Positions 1 to 6,742 of a stretch of 6,742 bases of DNA are shown one piece after another (positions within the stretch are counted from its first letter, which is position 1; every line of letters starts with the position of its first letter). The notes below the pieces were generated by a model. The model searched no databases. It saw only the letters and a program-made list of their open reading frames with translations, and had not been told where the DNA came from. A program made the position numbers and the translations under genes. The DNA lies in NCBI RefSeq assembly GCF_000143415.4, contig NW_003314681.1, positions 1 through 6,742 on the forward strand. Reading direction: 5' to 3'. The DNA is from Selaginella moellendorffii (taxonomy: Eukaryota; Plantae; Lycopodiophyta).

Positions 1-30
1 AGCAGCAGCAGTGGCAGCACTGATAAGCAT
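1..30 (-). CDS. Candidate start of a CDS truncated by the window edge (MLISAATAAA...)
   Basis: ATG in purine-rich context (gaagaagaATG) followed by an Ala-rich (GCT)n start. Only 10 codons are visible. Confidence 0.3.
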   Translation of the reverse strand, partial: MLISAATAAA

Positions 31-120
31 TCTTCTTCTTCTTCGTTGCCTTGTCCGCCACAGCCAAAAACCCCAGAAAACCAAAACGCAAGAACACCAT
101 CCAACCCAAAAGCCAGGAAA

Positions 121-190
121 GCTTCGATCAAGACGCTCTCGCCATCAACGCCCCGCTTCGATCATGGGGGCGCTCAATCCATGGCGCCCG
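121..190 (+). repeat. Degenerate tandem repeat of about 35 bp (2 units)
   Basis: gcttcgatca..cgctc...ccat..cgccc occurs at 121-154 and 155-190. The 10-mer gcttcgatca is exact in both units. Confidence 0.6.
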
Positions 191-213
191 CTCGCCGTCC
201 GCAGCGAAGATTC

Positions 214-239
214 GAGCAAAAGAGAGGAGCAAAAGAGAG
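214..239 (+). repeat. Perfect 13-bp tandem duplication (gagcaaaagagag x2)
   Basis: 214-226 and 227-239 are identical. Confidence 0.9.
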
Positions 240-429
240 GAAAAAAAACAGTAAAAAAAAAAGAGAAATCTCCCACCAATTCTTCGTCTTCTTCTCCCAG
301 TTTTCCTTTTTCGCTTCTTCCCTTGCATTGTTTTCTCATATAAACAATGATTGAGCTCATTCGCTGTAGAGCACTGGGTCGTAAAAAACGGAAAAGAAAA
401 AGAAATTTACCCCTTCCAACCTTTACTAA

Positions 430-1285
430 ATTAACACACTATCAAACAAAGAGATAAATTTACTCTTTCCTTAAAAAAAGTACATGCCTAGGCCTATACT
501 TAGTCGTCCATGCGCCTGAAAGGGCAAAAAGTATCACCAGATTTGTTTAATAGTTATTATCTTAATGAAATGTTTATCTTATTTATAATGGTCTGTCCGA
601 AACCCGGAATTTAAATACAATTGATTTAAGCATTGTTTAGCCGGTCCACGTCGGGGGTGATTAAATTTAATCTCTGGAAAGCTTTGGAGATGGGGTCACT
701 CTGTCCACTGACAAGGACAAAGGAGAGAGTTAAAAGAGGGTTTTTAGAGGAAAGAAAGAACATTTGGATGGGATCTCTTTCCTTGGAGGGTACAGTGGAA
801 TTGCACCTCGCAGATCTTCGTCCTCATTTCGATATCACCAAAGATGCAATGCAGCACTTTGCTCGATCCAGTTTTCGCTAATGCTGCCACTTGAGCGTCA
901 CTATCAGCATTGCGAAAGCTCTTCTTTCATTATTTTTTCTTCTTGCTTCTATATGTTGAAAGAGCTTAAAAGCTTGATTTTGATCCCCTGCAAAATTTAA
1001 GAGCTATAAGATCGGTTTGGGATTGATAAGTATAACTATAAGATTGAAAGGTACCTGAGTTTTTCCATGCCTTCTTTTTGTCCCCTTTGTAAACTTGTAG
1101 AGATTTCGCTTCTTCTGACCAGCAGCTAGGGATCAAGTAAAAACTGTGACAGCCAATTTTTAAGTACCACTGACAAAAAGTTCGTGCCTGCAACTTGGTA
1201 TTAAAAAAAGAGTAACCAATTCTTTATAGCACGAATCATACTTTTAGTCCAGATCTAAACTCGCTCACACCACTGCTCCAATCGA
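430..1285 (-). repeat. Copy 1 of a locally duplicated, spliced, unidentified (pseudo)gene segment
   Basis: Exact colinear blocks shared with copy 2: taacacactat (432-442/2250-2260), 22 nt (632-653/2325-2346), 35 nt (657-691/2346-2380), 26 nt (843-868/2550-2575), 26 nt (878-903/2585-2610), cctgcaacttggta (1187-1200/2775-2788). Minus-strand acceptor ttgcag before 1187, and intron 1054-988 (CAG|gtacct...tttgcag, 67 nt). Confidence 0.9.
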
Positions 1286-1509
1286 ATTAGTCGAAATCTA
1301 AATTACTCGCTGCACGAATGAAAATGAACCATTGAGCAAATGGTTAGAGGAATAATGTCATCAGGAGATGAATCAACCATCGTACAATTCAAGAGCTTAA
1401 ATTATAACCAAGAAAAAAGAGCATTGCGAATTCATCCAAGCTCTCTCGATTTGTGAGCATTAAAGTACGGCATGGCTGATAGCACAAGAACTCGCCTGAC
1501 ACTAGCAGA

Positions 1510-1806
1510 GAAAGCACTTCCTTCCAGATCTTTTCCGGTTTTGGGCCACACGTAGTGCATTGTACCTGTCAAGAAAGGTCTAGTGTTTGCTTAGAGTTGT
1601 CACTTAGTATCCGATGAGAGCCAGCTCCAGTCTCCACCAAAGTTTTCTCTGGGACCACAGAGAGCTTTTAAGTGCTGAGAAAGTACTCGAAGAAACAAAA
1701 CGCAAGAGACAAACTTGCAAAGCTCAAACATTCATAGTACTTATCGTGAATAGATCTCAAGTTGTGTGATCAGCTGAGCAGCACAAACAAGTCAAAGGAA
1801 GTAAGG
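1510..1806 (+). repeat. Inverted diverged copy of about 2912-3145
   Basis: Plus strand cattgtacctgtcaagaaaggtct / tcacttagtatccgatgagagccagctccagtc / aagttttctctgggacca / cattcatagtactt / gtaagg (1801) is colinear with the reverse complement cattgtacttgtcaaaggtct / tcacttaataccagataagagcgagctccagtc / aagttttccctgtgacca / cattcgtactactt / gtaagg (2917). Confidence 0.85.
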
Positions 1807-2247
1807 TCAAGATTGATATATAATCTTTGACAACTTGGTTTAGTAATAAGCTTGTCATTGTCAATTTACTCTAGCAAACCCATTTTAGGGGACAAAAAGG
1901 TAGACTTTTGGAACTAGGAGGTTGGTTTTTGTCTATATCATGAAAATGTGATAATGGTTGTTTCCATATCACAATGAAAATGTGATTGTATCTTGAATCA
2001 TACAAAACATGACTAAAAATGTGGGCTTTATCTACACATGTTATATATATACATTCTCTAATGTCTCATAGAGGTTAAATATGTACTCTTTGAATATGAA
2101 AGCTCAGCATTACTTGCAGCCTATGACTCCTCTACACATCCCCATAGGTTTGAATCTTGCCATTCATGATTTGTTTTGCCAGAAAATATGAAGTTTTTCA
2201 TCTAGGATGATCCGCAGCCAATCTTTCTTTCATTTTTCCTATGTAAA

Positions 2248-3160
2248 ACTAACACACTATGAAAAAGTAGTGGTTTTATAGTAAGTTGTCCTAAGCCCAG
2301 GAGTTTATTATAATTGATATACGAATTGTTTAGCCGGTCCACGTCGTGATTAAATTTAATCTCTGGAAAGCTTTGGAGATCCATCCACTCCCAATTGACA
2401 ATGACAAAGAAAGTAAAGAGAGTTTCTGTAGAAAAGAAGAACAAAATACAAACGAAAGGAGACAACTTAGCTGTGCCCTCCATCTCTATCTGGAGAGTAC
2501 AGAGGAATTGCATCTCTCAGATCTTTCTCCTCATTTCCGCATCACCAACGATGCAATGCAGCACTTTGCTCGATCGAGTCTTCTCTAATGCTGCCACTTG
2601 AGCGTCACTACCAGCATTTCTTTTCTCAGAAGCTTGATTCACTGCAAAGTTTGAGAGCTATAAGATCGGTTTTGGATTGATAAGTGCAAGATACCTGAGT
2701 ATTTCCATTCCATCTTTTTTGTCCGTTTTTGTTCTTTGTTTTTCTTTTGTAGAGTTCGTGCTTCTCGCGGACAGCCTGCAACTTGGTAGAAAGGAGACGC
2801 AATAAAGCACGAGGTAAAGTTTTCGTTTCGCAACTGCTCAATCAAAACTTGACAAAACAGTGGTTTAGAAAAAAAGACGCTTCAATCGTCTGTTTATGTG
2901 TTGCTGTGTTGCCTTACCTGAACTTGAATCCTCTACAAGTAGTACGAATGTGTTTTGCCATCGTAGTCTTTGTGTACAAATGTGGCCGCTTGCAGGTCTC
3001 TTGGTGTAGCACTTTCATTTTATGGTCACAGGGAAAACTTGGATGACTGGAGCTCGCTCTTATCTGGTATTAAGTGATCAGTCAAACATATGCGAGACCT
3101 TTGACAAGTACAATGTGTGGAAGATATCTGGATTCAGGAAGTTTATCTCCGAAAGAAGGT
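2248..3160 (-). repeat. Copy 2 of the duplicated spliced segment, including an additional upstream exon-like block
   Basis: Same blocks as copy 1 over 2248-2846. Minus-strand introns 2917-2776 (CAG|gtaagg...ttgcag, 142 nt) and 2694-2642 (CAG|gtatct...tttgcag, 53 nt). No uninterrupted spliced frame found. Confidence 0.85.
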
Positions 3161-3474
3161 AAACTTGAAGAAGTAAACTTTTTACTTAGCAAACCTAATG
3201 TGAATCCTTAGACTCACCCGGTAGGAGCGCGGCATCTATCCCAGCTTTAAGCACACGTAGTATCGTACCTGCAAGTGTCACTAAAAGTGGTAAGGAAGGA
3301 GCACGAAGCACACGCTCTGGAAACATGACATTTATTCCCGGGCCGGGGATCAAACTTGACGCTTTCGCCAACCCAACGAAGCCCCGTCGCATTTTACTGT
3401 CTTCTCCAATCCCTAGAGCACCGTGGACAGCAAATGAGGCCTTCGGGCTCCATATCCCATTTAAGAAGCGTGAG

Positions 3475-3524
3475 CTGCGATGGTTGGATCTCAACAAACC
3501 GATGAGATCCCTTCTAGTTCTGAC
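3475..3524 (-). other. 50-nt GT-AG intron of the PhyH-like pseudogene
   Basis: GAG|gtcaga...catcgcag|CTC. Removing it joins ...SVDE in frame to LTLLKWDMEP. Confidence 0.75.
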
Positions 3525-3817
3525 CTCGTCAACGGAAGCTGTCATGTCGCTCTTGTAGTCATCTTCATTACGAGGTGAGAAAGAAGCAATCCGGCAAATA
3601 GATACAGAACAGTGACACGCAGTCATTAGTGTATTCCACTTATCTTTTTGAAGTTACTGTGAAGAAGTTTCCACTTGTGTATCTGTTTGCAATTAAACGG
3701 AGATAACTTGGTCACCGGAAAGCTGCCAATACGAGTGATCGTTATGCCAAGGTCTGGTTGCTGAGTACAGGTTCTTTCACGAGTAACTGGTCGTAGAAGC
3801 GCCCCGCCAGCTTTCCC

Positions 3818-3866
3818 CTGTGTTATATGGAACGAAAACGAGAAGAAACACGAATAAAAAAAATAC
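3818..3866 (-). other. 49-nt GT-AG intron of the PhyH-like pseudogene
   Basis: AG|gtattttttttattcg...ataacacag|G, T-rich. Removing it joins ...AKRMMR in frame to GKLAGRFYDQLLVKEP. Confidence 0.85.
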
Positions 3867-4456
3867 CTCATCATCCGTTTCGCTATGTCGCCAACAGGCG
3901 ACTCAAATAGTGTCAAGCCTTGCATCTTGTGACATTGTACTAATCTCTCCTGGTTTTACATACTCATCGCACAAAGGACAATAGAGAACTTACCTGGATT
4001 TTTCATGTTATTGTCAACGCGAGGTTGCTCCACCCAGGACGAAGCATATCATCTGGATTAGAGAGTAAGTGAGACCAGTTCTAAGGCATCATCTCCCCTT
4101 TTTGTCGACCCTAAACTTTATTTTCGCGCTCTACAAATTCGCCAGCATTGCAGCTAGAGATCACTTCCTCGAGGAATCCTGCATTTTCAAAGGAATTTAT
4201 TCTCCTATGGAGGTCAGCTTAGAATTCTGGAGCTCTAATTTAAGTGTTCTATGTTTGTCACATCGGCTGATTTCACATCAGCTTATCAAGAGACGCATCC
4301 AAACCACACATAACTAGCTACGATAAGTTATGAAATTAATTGAGCAAAAAATTCTTACATGATGTCGAGTTGAAATGATCCAATGGCCAATCCGATGCGC
4401 CAGATAGACCAGTCTCAACCACCACCTTGTTACTAGATTTTTTCTAGATTTTAACA

Positions 4457-5250
4457 ATGGCTGGGTCTTCCTCTAATCCACCTTCTCCTCCACCTCCTGC
4501 AAATTTAGGCTCGTCTCCTGGAGTTGGGAGAAGATGCTTAACAAATTCATGGGAACAAACTTTGCGACATGGCGTACCAAAGTCCAACTTATCCTCCTTG
4601 CTAAGAACTGCTGGGTATCGTGGACGGAACAGAGCGTAAACCTATGGATCTCGCACTTCAACCGGCATGCGACAGTCGCAATTGCAAGGCGCAATTTGTG
4701 ATTGGACTTAGATTGGGCGATGAGTACATACACTTGCTTGATCTCGCAAAGGATGGACACGCAAACTGGAATGCTCTTCTTGCTGTTTTCTAGAATGCGA
4801 AAGTGACGCTTACCCAGAAATTCCTGAACACGTGCATAGATCCGAAAGACGCTATTTACATCGGCAAGCTTCGTGGTCTCATGGCTGAACTCAAGGAGGC
4901 TGGGTCGCCCGTCTCTGAAGAACAAGCCAAGGCGCTGATTCTCTGCTCTGTCACCCCAGAGCTACAGCAGTTCTCGTCCATGCTCTCATTCATTCCGGGT
5001 CAAACATTTGGAACTGTTTACTCGGATTTGCTGGAAGAAGAGTGCAAGATGAAGGAATGTAGTCAAGCCTCTCGGGATGCTCCTTGTGAGCAGGCCTTGT
5101 ACATTGGTAGCAAGCCCTCTGGGGACAAGAAGAAAGAGGCATTCTTGCAGAAGCCCAACACCTCTTCTTCTCAATCTGGCGCAAACACTACTAGGAAACG
5201 AAAAGGCCTACTTACTGCGGCAAGAGGGACACGTGGAGCAAGAGTGTCAG
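4457..5250 (+). pseudogene. gag: Copia gag (frameshifted)
   Basis: ATG at 4457. KF.GTNFATWRTKVQLILLAKNCW.IVDGTERKP at about 4543-4643 across frameshifts (DUF4219-like). YIGKLRGLMAELKEAGSPVSEEQAKALILCSV in ORF 4803..5411 (Retrotran_gag_2/UBN2-like). Broken zinc knuckle YCGK/GHVEQEC at about 5213-5247. Confidence 0.9.
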
Positions 5251-5332
5251 CTGCCGAGAAAAACCCACGTAAGACCTCTCAACCTGATTCTCTGTTGATG
5301 ATGACCGTCTGCTCATCCCAGGAATCACTCTC

Positions 5333-5530
5333 TGGATGGACTCAGGGGCTTCAATGCACATCACACCTCTCAGGTCTGCCTTCCACACTTCCACAGCATT
5401 GGAGACCTTGAAACAGGTGTACGTGGGGGACAAAAGAGGCCTCACAGTCGCTGGGCATTGAACAGTGGTCATCAAGCTTCCTAATGGCTCATGTAGACAC
5501 CTCAAGAGGATGTTCCATGTTCTAGGAGCT
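5333..5530 (+). pseudogene. Copia aspartic protease remnant
   Basis: WMDSGASMHIT at 5333-5365, then VYVGDKRGLTVAGH*TVVIKLPNG, typical of copia protease. Confidence 0.9.
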
Positions 5531-5724
5531 GGTTAAACAATTCTTGGCATAGCATCAGACCAATGCTTTTTCACTTTCTTTTTCATTACTGATTACACTA
5601 TCTTTGGACCAGATGGTGATTTAGTGGCTAACGGCACCCAATATAACACTCTCTAGAATTAGTGTTTCCTTCAGCTTCCCAGAGGTAACTCCTTGCCTTT
5701 TGTGACCTTTCACCTATCCATTTT

Positions 5725-6400
5725 TGGCACGCTCAGCTTGGGCATGTCAATGAACATCTATTGCTCGCCACAATTTGGTTGAAGGTTTCACTCTTTTCCG
5801 GGATTTGTGAAGCATGCCAACTAGGGAGCAGCCAAGACTTCCATTTCCTCGATGATCAGAAGATGATGGTGCTTCAGGCATCCACAGTGACATTTACTAT
5901 CTACCAGTGGAGACCTCAAAAGGTACTTTTTATGGATGATTCTACTCGTTACACTGTGGTGATACACAAAGCTGAAGTGTTGACACACTTCAAAGCCTAT
6001 AAGACCTGGGCATAGACTCCCACGAGCAGGAAGGTCAAGGTATATCGCACAGATGGTGGAGGGGAATTCATCTCCAATGAATTCCATACTGCTTATAGCC
6101 CTTGGCAAAATGGCGTTGCTGAGCGTGCCAACAGAACTCTTCTGGAGAGCACACACTGTATGCTTCAGCACTTCCTTACGCGTTCTGGGGAGAAGCACTC
6201 AACATAGCCGTGTGTCTCTGCAACCGACGGCCAAATTAGGTCATCTACGCATTTTTGGGTGTGTAGCGACATTCCTAGTGCACACAGGAAGAAACTCCAT
6301 CCCAAGAGTGAGAAATGTTTTTCTATGATCAGATGAAGGCCTACAGGCATTACAACTTTGATCGCCAGAAGCTCGTAACAAGCCACGATATAGTCTTTGT
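5725..6400 (+). pseudogene. Copia GAG-pre-integrase and integrase (rve) remnant
   Basis: WHAQLGHVNE (from 5725), ICEACQLG (5803-5826), IHSDI (about 5880), FMDDSTRYT, KAEVLTHFKAYKTWA, KVKVYRTDGGGEFISNEF, YSPWQNGVAERANRTLLE, HLRIFGCVA, PKSEKCF. Several internal deletions. Confidence 0.93.
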
Positions 6401-6742
6401 CTATCTCCACGAACAAGGTATCTTCCTCCTCACTTTGACCAGATGGTGGATCTTTCACTTATCCTAGACAACATTCCTGAGCCCCTGGTTCTCTGGCTCA
6501 AGGAGGAGTCCCTATCAATCCATAGAGAGCTGCCATACCTCGAGGAGTAGCACTTCCCATTCTTGGTACTTCCACTTCCATATCTCACAACTTTGACAGT
6601 GCCTCTTCGTCTCTTGCTCTTTCTGGCCCTTTTGCTGCCCATGAGACTGAAGATTAAACTGTCTATACTCTTGTGGAGAACATTATGAGGTTCCTCCTCC
6701 ACCACACGTGGTGATAACCATTCCACCTCCTTTAGTTAGCAA

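Larger units (their letters stand above)
1..350 (-). promoter_or_regulatory. Probable core promoter/5' leader of a minus-strand gene leaving the window to the left
   Basis: CT-rich (Y-patch-like) tract on the minus strand at 214-270, a CpG-rich island at about 120-215 in otherwise AT-rich DNA, and (GAA)n directly before an ATG at 30. Two frames stay open to the window edge: ATG 30 (MLISAATAAA) and ATG 100 (MVFLRFGFLGFLAVADKATKKKKNAYQCCHCCC). Confidence 0.5.
3195..4052 (-). pseudogene. Degenerate intron-containing phytanoyl-CoA dioxygenase (PhyH) family Fe(II)/2-oxoglutarate dioxygenase
   Basis: Manual minus-strand translation across introns and frameshifts gives colinear PhyH-like motifs: WVEQ..VDNNMKNPG (exon about 4052-3994); (G)PLCDEYVKPGE (from 3979); LFESPVGDIAKRMM-[intron 3866-3818]-RGKLAGRFYDQLLVKEP (FYDQLLVKEP at 3798-3769); PWHNDHSYW (3752-3726, HxD iron ligands) then QLSGDQVISV; SVDE-[intron 3524-3475]-LTLLKWDMEP (LLKWDMEP at 3468-3445); SFAVHGA (distal His, VHG at 3428-3420); RRG (3389-3381, expected 2OG-binding Arg); RWVGESVKFDPRPG (3378-3337); LKAGIDAALLPGE. 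Frameshifts, stops and multi-codon deletions are present. The family call comes from remembered motif order, not a database search. Confidence 0.88.
4428..6742 (+). mobile_element. Degenerate Ty1/copia LTR retrotransposon (gag-PR-INT; RT/RNase H not visible in the window)
   Basis: Copia domain order with protease directly followed by integrase: gag N-terminus, UBN2-type gag helix region, CCHC knuckle, DSGAS protease, WHxxLGH...CxxC, DDE integrase core, HLRIFGCVA. Many frameshifts and stops. Both boundaries are approximate. Confidence 0.95.

Noticed and set aside
11-360. Five overlapping ORFs on both strands
   Set aside because: They are low-complexity products of poly-A/T, GAA and CT tracts, with no recognisable domain.
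444-548. Possible MITE (aaacaaa...tttgttt) in the stretch present only in copy 1
   Set aside because: The inverted ends are only 7 bp, AT-rich, with no clear TSD. A deletion in copy 2 explains the difference equally well.
1340-1800. Long plus-strand pseudo-frame whose six stops are all TGA/TAG (possible methyl-C deamination signature)
   Set aside because: Six stops in about 150 codons is close to random expectation, so neither the frame nor the mutational signature is established.
1852-1866. 15-mer ttgtcattgtcaatt matching the reverse complement of about 2393-2407
   Set aside because: It is isolated and AT-rich with no flanking similarity, so chance cannot be excluded.
3195-3626. 143-aa minus-strand ORF as an intact gene
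   Set aside because: It is a mosaic of true PhyH exon pieces, read-through introns and out-of-frame segments; WDMEP and RWVG..DPRPG lie in other frames.
3626-3925. 99-aa minus-strand ORF
   Set aside because: Only LFESPVGDIAKRMMR is in the real frame. It then reads through the 49-nt intron into the wrong frame.
430-4052. Helitron or Pack-MULE capture as the source of the gene fragments
   Set aside because: I found no GC-rich hairpin plus CTRR terminus, long TIRs or TSD.
4258-4332. Imperfect 14-bp tandem (tcacatcggctgat/tcacatcagcttat) and 7-bp-stem hairpin (cataact...agttatg)
   Set aside because: Too short to support a terminator, Helitron end or regulatory call.
4473-6726. Minus-strand ORFs over the retrotransposon (4473-4925, 4986-5184, 5212-5505, 5821-6198, 6165-6458, 6430-6726)
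   Set aside because: They are antisense shadows of the plus-strand copia polyprotein.
1-6742. CRISPR array, tRNA/rRNA genes or a prokaryotic operon/defence system
   Set aside because: No regularly spaced repeats, RNA-gene signatures or dense ORFs. Spliceosomal introns and a copia element indicate eukaryotic DNA.

Overview
Eukaryotic DNA, probably from a land plant with a compact genome: GT-AG introns of only about 49-67 nt plus a Ty1/copia element suggest a Selaginella-like lineage, which is inference. I found no intact protein-coding gene, and most ORFs in the supplied track look spurious. From left to right: (1) 1-350, a probable minus-strand 5' leader of a gene running off the left edge, with a chain of tiny uORFs inside a degenerate tandem repeat. 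(2) About 430-3160, two diverged direct copies (about 430-1285 and 2248-2846) of an unidentified spliced minus-strand unit, with one upstream exon-like block present inverted between them (1510-1806 vs 2912-3145). (3) About 3195-4052, a minus-strand, intron-containing pseudogene of a phytanoyl-CoA dioxygenase (PhyH)-family Fe(II)/2-oxoglutarate dioxygenase that the ORF track does not reveal. (4) About 4428-6742, a heavily deleted Ty1/copia retrotransposon (gag, zinc knuckle, protease, integrase; RT not in the window), head-to-head with the pseudogene. All translations and alignments were done by eye, so boundaries are approximate.
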